Part shown: piece after piece, positions 1 to 13,700 of the stretch
How positions within the stretch are numbered: the stretch's first letter is position 1
How the letters are laid out: every line of letters starts with the position of its first letter
Source: Stegostoma tigrinum
Lineage: Eukaryota
Reading direction: 5' to 3'
DNA length: 64,000 nucleotides
Assembly: GCF_030684315.1 (NCBI RefSeq)
Contig: NC_081387.1
Location: forward strand, 16,337,409-16,401,408
Notes under the pieces: model-generated
Told to the model about the DNA's origin: nothing
The model's input: the letters and a program-made list of their open reading frames with translations, nothing else
The model's database searches: none
Program-made: the position numbers and the translations under genes

Positions 1-489
1 TTAGAATATACCCTTTTTAAAGGGGTATGCATATTGTATCACAACTGTAATTGTATTTCAAAACAAGTAGCACATTTTTAGCTATAAACATCTTTGAGCA
101 TGTCCTGTGACTTTTCTTTTAAACTGGGAACAGTTTCAGGCTTGGTCTGAGCCTTGCTAACATTGCCTCAAACTTGTATGAAAACAGTGCAACTTTGGTG
201 TAGTGCTTAAGGGCTTCTGGCCTCTTCCAACTTGAAGAGATGAGAAATTTTGGGGAAAGAAACACAGAATTCTGAAAAAAACTCACTTCCTCTGAAGTGT
301 CCTACCCATTTTGAAACCTTCATTCTATTTTTCTCCACAGCTGTTGCAAGACTTGCTGAATTTCTCCAGCATTCTTTGTTTGTATCATATTTCTAAAACC
401 TGAAATATTTGCTTTTATCCAAGAAATTTGGAAGCTTTTGGTTTTGTAGAGCATAACGTTGTCATTTTTGTGATGATACTCCATTCCAG

Positions 490-605
490 GTGTAAACAGG
501 AGCATGTCAAACCAGTAGACGGACCCGTTGAGTTGCGTACCAACTCTATCATCACACCTTTCCGCTACGTTAAAATCTGGGATAAACTTAAAGCATTAAT
601 ACCAG
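490..605 (+). CDS. Penultimate exon of a TRIM/B30.2 gene (linker before PRY-SPRY)
   Basis: Acceptor cattccag|g at 489/490 and donor ccag|gtatgt at 605/606. 116 nt encoding CKQEHVKPVDGPVELRTNSIITPFRYVKIWDKLKALIP, resembling the 'GPxQYxxWKxM' linker of TRIMs. It ends in phase 1 and joins the B30.2 exon in frame. Confidence 0.8.
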
Positions 606-1062
606 GTATGTGATCAACCAGTCTCTTGCATGCAGAGACAGTGTTGTAAATAAATTTGTTACACAGTAGTTATAGCAGCCTATGACTCAGTTCGTCTCAG
701 TATCAGAAACTTGCAGGATCATCCCTTTAATTAACCCAAAAATCTACCCACTAAAAAAGCTAAATCTAATTCTCACTAATGTACACTAACATTTAGATAG
801 AAAGTGGAATGTTTTCAACAGGTTATTTGATTAGTGTAAAAAAATATTTAGTTATACTCCGCCCTTAAACAGCCAGTCATTTACTGGCTTGGCTCCAATG
901 CCACTCTCAGATTTCACGCTCCCTCTCACCAGAAACTATGCAACCCTTATGGTTCCTGAGTCTCTGTCCTGTGACTGGTTCTGAGACAAGTCCTTGTAGT
1001 AATAGCTGAATGTACGAATGTGTCCAATCAGTGTCTCTGTTAATGAGATGTGTATCTTGCAG

Positions 1063-1607
1063 CCAGAGAATTTCTGAAACTGGATCCTAAGACAGCACAT
1101 CCACGACTTATTCTGTCCGAGGACCTCATCAGTGTGATCGATGGTGAGAAACGTCGGGACTCTGCATTCATGCCCCATCGTTTTAACCACTGGCTCTGTG
1201 TTCTAGCCAACACTGGCTTCCTGTCAGGGCAACATTACTGGGATGTAATGCTGGGCAACAATACCGCTTGTGTCATTGGGGTTGTCAGCGAATCTGCTGA
1301 TCGGTCAATAACTAAACAGCTGACACCACAAGATGGCTACTGGGTGATTGAAATGGTCAATGGGAGCCTGGTCAATGCCATTGGCCCTGGTGCCAAGATC
1401 CTCCCTCTACGACGCAAGCCCCGTATCATCCGTGTCTACCTGAATTATGAGGAGGGGCAGCTGTCTTTCTATGATGCTGAAGACCTCTGTCCTATCTACA
1501 CCGTACGGGACAAGTTCACAGCAAAACTCTATCCCCTCTTCAACCCTCACCACCGTAAGGAAGGGAATTTGGAGTCACTGAGTATATGTAATGAGACGGA
1601 GTGCTAA
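1063..1607 (+). CDS. Terminal B30.2 (PRY-SPRY) exon of a TRIM-family E3 ligase-like gene
   Basis: Acceptor tcttgcag|cc at 1062/1063. Motifs LDPKTAHPRLILSED, RFNHWLCVLA..GF.SGQHYWDV, GYWVI, IRVYLNYEEGQLSFYDA and LYPLFNP. Stop TAA at 1605-1607. Upstream RING/B-box exons would lie outside the window. Confidence 0.95.
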
Positions 1608-4600
1608 GATTCATTTGTTCCCAGCAGGGTGGGATTTTGACATTGTGACAGCCTTTCTTGAAGGGAAGTCTGTTGATGTTTAGAACGGCTGTAAGGCAAA
1701 TAAATGAACTCCTCTTGGCATTTTTCGTCTTGTCGTTGTTGCCAGCCATTAAGTGTTAAAGTTGCTGGTTGGAATTAAACGGATCCTGACAAACTGGCTG
1801 GGAATTTTCACACTGGTGCTCCAGATTCCTAGGAGGAACTTATATTTGTCAAATCTGCATTTTCCATCTGTTACCTTTCCATGGTTGACTTTAAATGTTA
1901 CAATATTGCTGGTTGAGGCAGAAGGAAGAGGGACTGCTGAATTCTACATGGGAACCAGTAGCACAAGCAAGAAATCCCAATCATCATGAAACACGGCAGA
2001 TAAACAGAATAAATTCCCCTTGCATAGCAATTCGGTGGATCCATAAATCACACCAGCTCTGGAGTCCAGTCTACATGTGGAATCCAGCATTGGTGCCACT
2101 TTACTGTCATTGGCACTTGTTTCTATAGCAAACACACCAGTACAAGGGTTATCCCTCCCAATTTATCCTCCCTGCAATTCCATGTGTGGATTATATCAAT
2201 TGGAAACTGGAATAGGCCTTTTGGACGTACGGGCATGGTCTGCCATTCAATAAGGTCAGTTATTGGTTCCTGAGTCTCTGTCCTGTGACTGTTCCTGGTT
2301 CTGAGGCAAGTCCTTGTAATAATAGGACTTTATTACAAGCAGGTCAGGTTATGGCCTCAATTTCACAGTGAATATTGACAGTTGTTTATGAAAATAATTA
2401 TTGTAGTACTGGATATAAAAAGGCACAAGGCATCATATCATGAAAGGATGAAATGGCCAAACTTCTCTTACCAGTGTTTTATCAATGTAAAATAGTTCAA
2501 TGGCCACACCACGTTGATGCTGGAAGGAACAAACTGAGGCAACATATTGAAGATTGTGACGTAAGGAAAAACTTCAAATGCATTATGAGTAAAGGCACAA
2601 TTCAACCTGGAGTTTAATAAATGCATTCTAAATGTTTCATTATTGTACCTGGAATTTTATCATTGTTAGTGAAGTCTTTTTCAATTGAATACACTGTAAT
2701 GTTCCCATTACGGATACCTCTGCAACCCTATGCTTTCACAGCCTTTTCAGTTCATGAACAATACCCAGCATTGGAGAATATGTCAGCATACTAACACTGA
2801 CAGAAACGTGGATTATGGCGATCCTAAGAATCGATTTGATGGCATGTACCAAGAGGAACTATTTCTGTTGGCAGGTGTGTTGGTAACCAGAGGCTATCCT
2901 CAGAGCATATTCATGGCACACCTGACATTGAGGCATTCATTGGCAGGCATCAGCATAAAATGCTTTGGGAATATGTTGCTGTGGCAACTTTACCATGAAT
3001 ACCACCCCCCCCCCCAAAAAAAAACTCCGCTTGGGCAAAAGATTTCTAAAATTAACATTATTAATATTGGGGTGAGGGGAAGGGTGCATAATTCAGAGTG
3101 GCAAACTTACAAGAACAAATAATACTATTAAGTCACAAATGGAGGAGTTGTCCACAATAGTGTTCGTCACATCATACCGCATGTTGTTAGGGTAATAAAT
3201 GATTCGGAAATCTGAAACAGGAACAGAAAATTCTCAGTGGCAAGTGTATGATGCACACCATTATTAATGTTGCATTCATTCTGCATTTGGAATGAACATT
3301 ACATAAATTGTAAATTCCTTCATGTTCATTGATGATTTAACCTTGTGAAAACAAACCCCTTGAAGTCTTCATGAAATTTGCACTTGCTGATTTGCAAACT
3401 AGTCATTGTACTCATCACTGCAGTTTGAAACCAGTGATCAAAAGTAAGTAGCTTTTTAATCACCATGATACGTGTCCATCAGTATCTACCAGTAAAACTT
3501 CTAGTTAAGCGTTTAGATGCCCTTCCCTTCAGGTTGTGAATTGGTAATACGGACTTGCAAAGCTGCAAGTGATATTATCATGTATTGAGAACGGAGTACT
3601 TAACAGTCAGGGTAAACGTACGAGTTTGAGGTTGGCAAACTATTACTGGAGTGCCACAGTGATCACGCTGAAGCAGAATGTTGTCCACATGAAAAGAGAA
3701 TTGCAGATTACTACGACATACAAAGAGATTTAAAGGATAGAAGATGCCAACTTCTGCAATGCAGCTAACCAGATCGGTAACGCAGAGTGGAAGCTCACTA
3801 TCCACACCCTTATTCCATAGCAGTGAAAGGTGGGGCACCAAGAATCATGACAGGAACATTGAAATCGGGGCAAACCCCACCAATTTACTGAATGGTGAGT
3901 TTACAACGATACTAAAAATCCACGTTAAACTGGTGTTCCTTCATTCTTGCTGGTTTAAAATCCTTGAACTGCCTTTCAAAAGTCACACCAAATCAACTGC
4001 AGTAGTACAAGGAAGCAAGTACCTGCGTTACCCAGCCTGTTTTGGCACCTTATGCCATACCGCTGGAGCAAGTATTTGATCTGTCTTCTCCAAAAATCAA
4101 AAATGTGTTCTCTTCCCTCACCCGGGCCAAAAACAAAGAGTGTGAGTCTACCTACAGAACGTAGAACTTCAAGAAGTCAGCTCACTACAAACTTCAAGGC
4201 GAACTAGGGGAGGGCATTAAATACTGACCCAGCTGGCCACACAAACATGGCCCAAGACCGAATTTTTTAAAAATGTAGTACCCCTAGCCCTGGACCAGGA
4301 GACCCTAGTCAAGTCCCATCTGCTGCAGAGGTGATAACATCTCTCAACAGATTGATTAGAAAAATAGGATTTTTTTTAAGAAAAAGTTAGGAGTGTTTGA
4401 CCGCTAACTTTAAAAAGCAATAAACCCAATAACGAGATGAGACCTGGCTTCACTTGTAGCCATCGACCAAGTCATTCAAGGGTTATGGGGATACAGCAGG
4501 AACAGGATACTGACTGTGGATGATCAGCCATGATTATAATGAATGGTGGTACTGGCTGGAAGGGCCGAATGGCCTGTTCCTGCACCTATTGTCTATTGTA

Positions 4601-6079
4601 TCTCTCCCTCTCTTCCCCCACCACCCAACAGATGCTGCCAGACCTGCTAAGTTCTTCGAGCAGTTTCTGACCTACAGTATCGGCTGCTCTTTGATTCATT
4701 TTAGTGCAGGTGCTTATCAAGTGACCTCTTCCAGACCAACAGCCATCCTCCTTCCATCCCTCTGTCCGTCATTTCCAGAAACTCCGAGAGATCTCAAGAG
4801 GCTCCACCTGGTTCAGAGACCAGGCTGCTCTCAGAATTGGTATACCGTTATTCAAGCCATGCAGACACTTTAGTCATCTTTGCAAGTGCTGGTTTCCCTC
4901 ATTTGAGCAGCACTTTTTGATTACTTGCTAAAATGTAGACAATAAAACGAGAGAGAGATTAGTCTTTTAGACCGAGACCACACCACCCCTCCAAATAGCA
5001 TCCCACCCAAACATGCGCCACTACCCTATCCCCGTAACCCTGCTTTCCCACGGCTAATTCACCTAACCTGCACATCTCTGGACACTGCGGGACAAATCAG
5101 TGTATGATAGAATACCACTCACCCACCCCAATTTACCTGCATGTGTGCAGCTCCAAAAACACTCAGTAAGGTCAATACCATCCAGAAGAAAACAGGCCAC
5201 TTGCCTGGCACCACATCTACAAATACCACTCCCTCCTCCACCAATGCTCAGGCGCAACAGGTTGTCCCCTTGTACAAGGTGCCCTGCAGAAATTCACCAA
5301 TGCTCGTGAGACAGTTGTATTCATGACTTAAATCCATGACCACATCCATCCAGGAGGAAAGGGAAGCAGAAACAGAGGAAACCCACCTCCGTCAAGTTCC
5401 CCTCCAAGCCACTCATCGTCCTGACTTGGAAATGTTTCAGACTCATTCACCATTGCTCGTTCAAACCCCTCCCTAACAACACTTTGGTTCTACTACGTTA
5501 CATACACAGCAGTATTTCAAAGAGGCAGCTCACCACCGTCACTACAAGGACAGCTAGGGGCGGGCAATAAATTCTGACTCAGACATCCACGCCCAGTGAA
5601 TTGAAAAGTTTAGTGAGGAGTGTTGAACCATCAAGAAAGCTTCAAAAAGCAATAATCCCCATTAACTGCAACTCACAACTGTTGATGCGAGAAGCACAAA
5701 ACGTGATGCCACCGCCCTCGTTATATTTTACCACTGTCCTTAGAGTCACAGAAATGTACAGCACAGATAGACCCTTCGGCCCAACTCGTCCATGCTGACC
5801 AGATACCCCAAATTACTCCAGTCCCATATTTAACCCATACCCCTCTAAAACCTTTCTATCCACATACCCATCCGTGTTCCTTTTCAGTAATGTATTTGTG
5901 CCTCCATTGCTTCCTCCAGCAGCTCAGTCCGTACACCAACGCCGCCCTCTGTAGGTGGGAAAAGTTACCCCTTTGGTACAAATTATCAACGGATAAAAAC
6001 AGGAATTACTGCAGTATGTCAGCAGTGACACTCACGAGAGTGGAAACATTGACGCTGTTTTTCCTCTCTCTCTCCGTCC

Positions 6080-6340
6080 TGAGAAACAATCCCCACAGTG
6101 TGGGGACAGGCCATTTGACCCAATAAGCCCATAACCACCGTATGAAGAGCATCCCACTCGGACTCATTCCCGTTACCCTGCATTCCCACAGACACGAAAC
6201 CAATCCAGTTCACTTGCATACCTTTGGATGTGTGGGAGAAAGAGAAACCCGGAGGAAACCCGCACAGACAGATGCCAGAGGCTGGAATTGAACCCCGTGT
6301 CCCTGACACCGTGAGACTGTGGCACTAACCCCTGCCGCGC
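6080..6340 (-). mobile_element. tRNA-derived SINE (shark HE1/SacSINE-like)
   Basis: The reverse strand reads ggttagtgcc..gtctcac..gggacacggggttcaattccagc (A/B-box-like head), then gggtttcctccggg and a CR1-like tail. Related copies at 17850, 25610, 39735 and 49420. Confidence 0.7.
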
Positions 6341-6564
6341 AGCTTCAGGTCCCCGCGAGTTGAATGCGCCTTGTTCCTTGAGCAGTGCTGTTTTCCCTTG
6401 TTCCTGACCCGCAGTATCGGCAGATTGAGTGACCTTTTCCAAACCAACAGCCACCCTGCCTTCCCATCCCTCTGACCCTGTCCCGTTTGCAGAAATCCCG
6501 CAAGATCTCCGCGGGCTCCTCCTCTTTCGCTTCTCGTTCCATCCCCTGCGGAGCTCTGAAACAG

Positions 6565-6622
6565 ATGGAGGGTTTCGGCTTTTCTCTTCGCCTTTTGCAG
6601 TTTCTCGCCTGCTCGGCTTCAG
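6565..6622 (+). CDS. Leader (signal peptide) exon of the CD2/SLAM/HEPACAM-like Ig gene
   Basis: ATG at 6565, MEGFGFSLRLLQFLACSAS, phase-1 donor cag|gtaaaa. Lies in a locally CpG-rich region and joins the V exon at 9453 in frame. Confidence 0.65.
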
Positions 6623-8049
6623 GTAAAACCATCTCTAACAGCCTCTTTAAACCGACAGCTGGCTGCTTCTATCCGAATCAAACTGAAACAATGACCAAAA
6701 CAAAAGCAAAGTCCTCGGGGAGAACAAAAACTCTGGGTTTTGGCGACGCGACGTGTTTATAAAAGTCGATGTTTTTGTCTTGAAGAAGCCTGGGTTGTAG
6801 CGGCTGAGTATGAGGGAATGGGAACCGGGAATGTTCACGGAGTTGGGATTGGGTTTGTCCAGGGTGACATTTCCACCCAGTTTCAGATTCCGTTCGAGGT
6901 CCGTGACTTGTTCCGACGCTCATGCCGCTGTCTTTACACAACCTCCCGCCGTGACTGACACCGTCTTATTGCGAGGGTCCCTCAGTTTCCCCGTGTTTAC
7001 AGCTGGGACCCAGACTCTGCCTGGGACCAGGAATGGATCTGGGTGTGGTCCCTGTTAAAGCGGAGAACAAGACTCGTTTCAAACAGAGAAAATAAGCACC
7101 GAGCCGTTTTGTTTCAGATTGTGTAAAGTGTTTACATTCTGCTTTCAAAGTAAAGTTTTGTCGAACAGACAGGGAGCTCGGAGGCGAGAAGGATAAAGGG
7201 GGTACTTTCGGTGATTGCTGTTCGCTGTCGGGATGTATCAGTCGCTGGTGACACCAGCTTCGGGTCCCCGCCCTTGTGAGCCAGAGAGTGGAATTCTCTG
7301 TCATTGAAATCAGTTCAGGGGAAGCATCGAATGTTTTCGGCAAGGAGTTAGAGATAGTTCCCTTGGGGCTAAAGGGATCAAAGGGTGTGGAGAGAAAGTA
7401 GGGACAGGGCGACTGAGTTGGACGATCAGCTGTAAGCATGTGGAATGGTGAAGCAGGCTGAATGGCCTGGCCCAGGTCCGATTCCCTGTGTTTCCTGTTG
7501 TTCTTGAGGCTGCAGTGGCGAGTTGTTTGCTGTTCCTGCATTTGGGCAGAGACACCCAGAGTGCTGTTTGTGAGGGGGTTCCAGGATTTTAACCCAGTGA
7601 CGGTGAAGGAACAGTTATCAGGGTGGATTTTGAATCGTTTGTAAGCTCACCATAGTCATTTAAAGTTGGTGGGCAGAACCCAGTTCCAATGTCCCTGCCT
7701 TGATTTTTGATGGCTCACTTTTCACTGGCGTACAATCAGGGTGTCGATAGTGAGCTTGCTTCCTGCTTTTCAAATCTAGACAGACGCATTGTAGAGTTTG
7801 GCATATGCTTGCCCTCGCAGCAAATTTTTTTTAGAGTCAGCCCATCTTCTCCATGACATGTGGTTCGTGGGCCTTCAAAGAAGTTCGTCATTTGTATGCT
7901 TTGAAAAGTAATCTGCATAAATGAAGACTGTTACAGTTGGAGGTCAGTTACCTGAGCTCCAGGGCATCTCTGCAAGAGTTCCTCAGGTTCGAATCCTCAG
8001 CCCAGCTGTTTTCAGCTGCTTCATCCATGACCACGCAGATGGCCTGAAA

Positions 8050-9230
8050 GCCCCTCGCTTCTTCCTCTCCCATAGGCTCAACCAGTCCCCTTCCACCAAC
8101 ACCCTCACCCGAACTTGTCCCTACCCTTAACACCTCCTTTAACTCCTCACACTTCCTACAGACTAAGGGGCTGGCCATAGTAACCCACGTGGGCCCAAGC
8201 TATGCCTGCCTCTTTGTAGAACCGTCACCCTTCTGTAGCTACATCATTGACTGTATCGGCGCTGCCTTGTGCTCCCACAAGGAGCTTGAACAATTCAACA
8301 ACTTTACTAACACCTTTCACCCCAACCTCAAGTTCACGCAGACCATCTCTGATACCTCCCTCTCCTTCCTGGAACTCTCTGTCTCCTTCTTGCTGACTGC
8401 CTCAAAACCAAAATCTATTTCAAGCCTGCTGACCCCCACAGCTACCTAGACTACATCTCCTCTCACCCATCTTCCTGCATGAATGTGATCCCCTACTCCC
8501 AATTCCTCTGCCTCTGCCACATCTGCTCCCAAGATGAGGCATTCCACTCCCGAACATCCTCTTAATTTAAGGACTGCAACTTCCCCCAGTTGGTGGTCAA
8601 AAATGCTGTTGACCGCATCTCTTGTGTTTCCCGCACCTCTGCCTTCACATTCCCTGCCCCCAACAAAAATACAGAATCCCATTGTATTCACATATTACTC
8701 CACTATCCTCCGTAAAAACGTATCATTCTCCACCTCTTCGCCACCTGCAATTCAACCCCACAACCAAAGATATATTTCCGTCCTCACCCCTGTCCGCCTT
8801 CTGTAGGGACCGCACTCTCCACAACTCCCTCATCCACTCCACACTCCCCATTGGCCCCACTACCCCCGGCACCGTTCCCTGTAACCACAGGATGTGGTAC
8901 ACCTGCCCCTATACCTCCCCCTCGCCTCCACCCAAGGCACCTAAAAACCTTCCACATCAGGCAGAGGTTCACCTGCACATCTGTCAATGTGGTCTATTGC
9001 ATCTGCTGCTCCCGATGTGGCCTCCTCTACATCAGTGAGACTGAGCAGAGGCTCGGAGACTGCTTTGTGGAACACCTGCACTCTACGCGACAAACAACAA
9101 CACCTTCCAGTCGCGAGCCACTTCAAGTGCCTCTCCAACTCCCTGGATGACATGTCCATCTTGGGCCTCCTCCAGTGTCATAATGATGCCACCTGGAAAC
9201 TGGAGGAGCAGCACCTCATGTTCCGCTTGA
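8050..9230 (+). mobile_element. Degenerate Penelope-like retroelement (RT C-terminus plus GIY-YIG endonuclease)
   Basis: Translations MGPSYACLFV, HPNLKFT..ISDTSLSFL, FHIRQRFTCTSVNVVYCICCSRCGLLYISETEQRLGDCFVEH and LEEQHLMFRL, with multiple frameshifts. Confidence 0.9.
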
Positions 9231-9452
9231 TCAGTCGCAGGCTGCTACAATTCCGAGAAAAATTGGCAACTCCTAAAGAAATGCAAATGCTCAATGTTTA
9301 TCCAGTGAAAGCAAGTGGTGGGGGTGCTGGTGATAAATGTTAGGAATAACCATTCCCAGAAATTGAGATCATTCACAACACCATACTATTTGTGTAATAA
9401 TTCAATCTTTATGATAATTATCTGAGCAGTTCTTATTTACTTTTTGTTTCAG

Positions 9453-9752
9453 CACAGCACGTGAAAGACAGCATCGTGGCTGTTACAGGTTCCTCCGTCC
9501 TACTTCCTGGAACAGATAAAGGATTTGGCAGTCTCCAGTGGGAATTCTCAAAGCCTGGCAAGATCCTTCCCATTTTGAATTACATTGGAACACATCAACA
9601 AACATATGATCAGTATAAGAATAGAGTTGAACTGAACAAATCAGATGGGACATTGTTACTGAAAGATGTGCGTGAGGGAGATACTGGCAGATACAAAATG
9701 ACAGTGGACTTAGACCTGATTAGGACCAGAATTGTCACTCTGATGGTGTTTG
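9453..9752 (+). CDS. Ig V-set exon without cysteines (CD2/SLAM/HEPACAM-type N domain)
   Basis: Acceptor tttgtttcag|c and donor ttg|gtaagt. 300 nt, phase 1-1. Encodes GSSVLLP, LQWEF, YKNRVEL, DGTLLLKDVREGDTGRYKM and IVTLMV. Confidence 0.9.
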
Positions 9753-9900
9753 GTAAGTATTAGGAGGATGCTTCCATTTGCACCAATACAAATGAAACAA
9801 TAGCAGGGTGGACTCAGCAGATGTTCTGATGCACTGTGTTTGAATAAGACATGTGGTAGCATCGCACTTTAGCAGATGTATTAGTTGCCTTGGTGAGTTA

Positions 9901-10775
9901 AGTTATTCCCACCTGCCCGCATTTGGCCCATAACCAACCCCCAAACATTTCTTATGCATGTACTTATCTAAGTGTCATTTAAACACTGCAACTGTACTCA
10001 CATCCACCACTTCCTCTGGAAGTTCATTCAAACAAAAGACCTACTCTCCATAAAATAATTGCCACTCACATTGTTTTAAAATGTTTGTCATCGCACCTTA
10101 AAAACATGCACCCACGTCTTGAAATTATCCACCCCAGGTAAAATATCCCTCATGACTTTATAGACCTCAAGAACATCATCTCTCAATTTCCTATGGTCCA
10201 GCAAAAAATGTCCCAGCCTATCCAGCATGGATGTGAGTTGCTTGCTGAGCTGGATCCAGCTCAGCAAGCAAACTCACATCCAGAACCTCAACCTGAGCTA
10301 CAAATCTTCTCAAAACTCGCTAGCACCTATGGGCGCAATATACTAAAACTGGCCCGAAGATGGGAAACCAATGCCATCTGACAGAGTGCCACCCGCGAAT
10401 CCAGCTCAGCGAGCAAACTCACATCCAGAACCTCAACCTGAGCTACAAATCTTCTCAAAACTCGCTATCCAGCATTTCCATCTAACTCAGACCCTCCAAT
10501 TCCAGCAACATCTTGGTAAATCTCTTCTGAGCTCTCTCTAGCTTAGCAATATCCTTCCTGTAACAGGGAAACCAGAACTATACACAGTACTCCAGAAGAG
10601 GCCTCGCCTATGTCCTGTACAACCTCAACATGAAGCCCCAACCCTTGTACGAAGAAGGTCTGAGCAATGAAGACAAGCATGATAGATGGCACCTTAACTA
10701 TCCCATCGGTGTATGATGCAAACTTCAAAGAGTTATTTACCTGAACCCCTAGGTCTCTCTGTTCTACAGCACTGC
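9901..10775 (-). mobile_element. CR1 LINE 3' fragment interrupted by a short insertion
   Basis: Reverse strand matches the CR1 RT C-terminal sequence (tggagtactgtgtatagttctgg) and the 3' UTR seen in other copies in the window. Confidence 0.8.
10229..10467. repeat. Short insertion with two ~69-bp direct terminal repeats, flanked by a target-site duplication
   Basis: atccagctcagc[a/g]agcaaactcacatccagaacctcaacctgagctacaaatcttctcaaaactcgcta at ~10254-10322 and ~10399-10467. ctatccagcat is present on both sides. Confidence 0.75.
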
Positions 10776-13700
10776 CAAGGGTACACTACTTTTATTTAAA
10801 CAGTGATCCTCAGCTTTTGTTTTTCCCAGAAGAGGAAATGCCTTCTTTACATTCAATGTATCAAGACCTGGCCAGCAGTTATGTCCTTTTGCACTCAATT
10901 AGTGATTGTGTCACTGAGCTGCTCTGTGTGTCTGTTTGCAGTAATTTATTTGAAGAGCCTCTGTACATTTGCATAATTGAAACTCCTGCTAATAATTTTT
11001 GCATCCTTGTTTGAGAATGCTTATTTCTGACAATAAATCAGTTTAACTTTGTTGATGAAAGAAGGCAGTTTTGTTCTTAGCCTTGAACCTTCTGTAGTCA
11101 GGGAACCGTCTAATTGGGTCAATCACCAAAGTGATACATTTTAGGATTAATATTGACGAGTGGAGGAGTAGGTTTCGAAAAGGAAACGGTGCATCCCACA
11201 ACAGCGACTGTAACAATGGCTTGCCCAAAAACAGCATGTTCAGGGGATTGGGTTGTGTTGTCAGGAGATCTATAAGATACGTAAGGATAGTAAATGCAAG
11301 GAAAAGCTTGTGTTTTAGTTCCTATTTCACCAACAGCTTTGGATCATTCATTCTGGTAGCAAAGGATGGTTACCTCAGATCGGAAACTGAGACTTACCCA
11401 TTTTCCACCCCCACCACCACCACCCCCCACAAAAAAAGAGGCAATTGTAATTGGGGCCAGTTTGGGGAAGAAAATGTCTGAAGCTAAGTCTGATGCATTA
11501 GCGTACGATTTACTGTTGACTTTTAGATGAAGCTATGGCGTTGGCCACTGGAAAAGTGAAATGAATACAGGGGTATAGGTTACTTCAAGCAATGGTTATG
11601 TTACTGTCACTTCCTATCAGGCACAAAGTATTTCTGGAACTGAAAGCTCATCCATTGGTCAGTACGTGGCAGGCAAGGATACTCTGTCAAAATTGTAAGA
11701 CTGTAAGAAAAAGACAAGGAAAAAAGGGTGCAGTCATGATAGATGGTGGCAATTGGTACAAATATAATATCTTCAAAAATATAATGATTATTGTTCATCT
11801 GTCACGAGCAAGAGATTTTAACAAAGTAAATGGACGTAATTTTTTTTCTATATTTATGTTTGAATGAGCATCACTGACAAGATCAATATCTGTTGCTCAT
11901 CGCTAATTGCCTTTGATATGCATGGCTTCTTGGTCATTTCAGAGGGCTGATAAGAGTCAGCCACATTGCCGTGGGTCTGGAATCACCTGTAGGCCAGACC
12001 AGGTAAGGATGGGTGATTTCTTTTCTCTTAAGGATATAAGTGAACCCAATGGGTTTTTATGACAATCAATGTTGGTATCATAGTTGACATGACAAAGATG
12101 AGCTTTACATTCCACATTTTCTCCATTTATGTTCTATCAATTGCCACTAATTAGCCTGCTCCTCTGGATTATTCGTCCACTGGCACTATCACGAGCTGAC
12201 CTGTGGGACATAAAGAGAAATGGTTTCATTTTACATTTCATAGGCTAAATCTTGTTGCTTTGTCTCTCTATACTAAACCATGGTAATGTGAAATGAGCCA
12301 TTTTGAATAAACAGATGGGAACATGGACAGAGGCTGGATTGGAGCTCTGGCTAAGTTCTGAACTGGAATTTGGGAGAGAATGTATCCCAGGTGAATTTAG
12401 GAATAAGTGAACAAATGTAAATTTTGTGGTTCTGAGCACAGCAACTAAAAGATTCCCTGGCTGTGTGCTTTATGAAAGACATCCTGCAGTAATTGTTGAG
12501 ATGCTTTGTGAGCTTTCAGCTGATCAACCAGACTGTTAATGGTTCTGAAGAAGAGTCATGCTGGACTCAGAACATTGACTCTGTTTCTCTCTCCACAGAT
12601 GCTGCTAGAGCTGCTGAGTTTCTCCAGTTTCCTCTGTGTTTGTTTTTGAACTAGATTTGCAGAGAATAAGGAGACTACCGAACAAACTAGGGATGTCTCA
12701 AAAAAGCAAAGTTTTTACTGCCAGTGAAGAATGTAGAAAAACAGTGAGAAGAGCTATGAAACAAAAAGAATTTGGTGTGTGTGGTAGACAGGGGAGAACC
12801 TCCCTTATCAGACAGGTTGGTGTGTGCAGTAACATTGCTACTTGCTGAAGGTAAATAAGATGAAAGTGAGACTAATGGCTTGAATTTTAATGAGAGACGT
12901 GATGATCAAGACATTTAAAGGGTCTTCCCACCACAGAAAAGTAACCTTGTAGATTTTTAAACCCTTTGAGCCACATATTCTTGGGGATGTGAGTTGACAG
13001 AAAACTGTATAGCTCACTGACTGAAAGGTTGCCTATAGACCAGAAAGTCACTGCCTCAACCAGGCATTCCCTTCGTAGTATATTTTTTTTCCCCTAGGGG
13101 TGATTAGAACCAGGGGCACATCTTAAAAGTAAAGTATCTGCCATTTAATGTAGAACTGAGGCAATTGCTTTTCTGAACATTGAGAGTCTCTGGAAGTCAC
13201 AACAGAGTGATAAAGATGGTGCTGTTAAATATTTGAAGGCAGATTCTTGACTGGCAAGGGGGTCAAAGTGTATCTGGATAGGTGAGAACATAGAGTTGAG
13301 GCTATCATCAGATCAACACATGTTATCAAATGAAGGAAACAGGCTAGAGGGGCCAAATGACCACCTCCTGCTCCTAAATCATATGTTCACTTGTGTGATC
13401 AGAGAAACAGCAATCAGAGGGCAATGAAACCATTTAAACTAGCAGGTGATATAGAAGGGAAGGCAAGGAGATTGAACCTATCTATTTATGGACTGAATGA
13501 TGCATCAAGATCGTTGTATTTTTCAATTAGATTGGCCTTGTTGAAAGTGCAATGAACAGGTTTCCACCGGTATCAATGAGAAATCAGCCAGCAGCTTTAA
13601 TGATATACATCAATGACTTTGTTTTGGAGGGTTGTGTGGAATTTGAGCAAGGAGCAATAGGTGAAATAAAAGGGATATTTTAGATTGGAAGTCAGGTTTT

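Noticed and set aside
1050-1607. Single-exon B30.2-only gene starting at 1050
   Set aside because: The start is a GTG inside the acceptor region, and a phase-matched upstream exon exists at 490-605.
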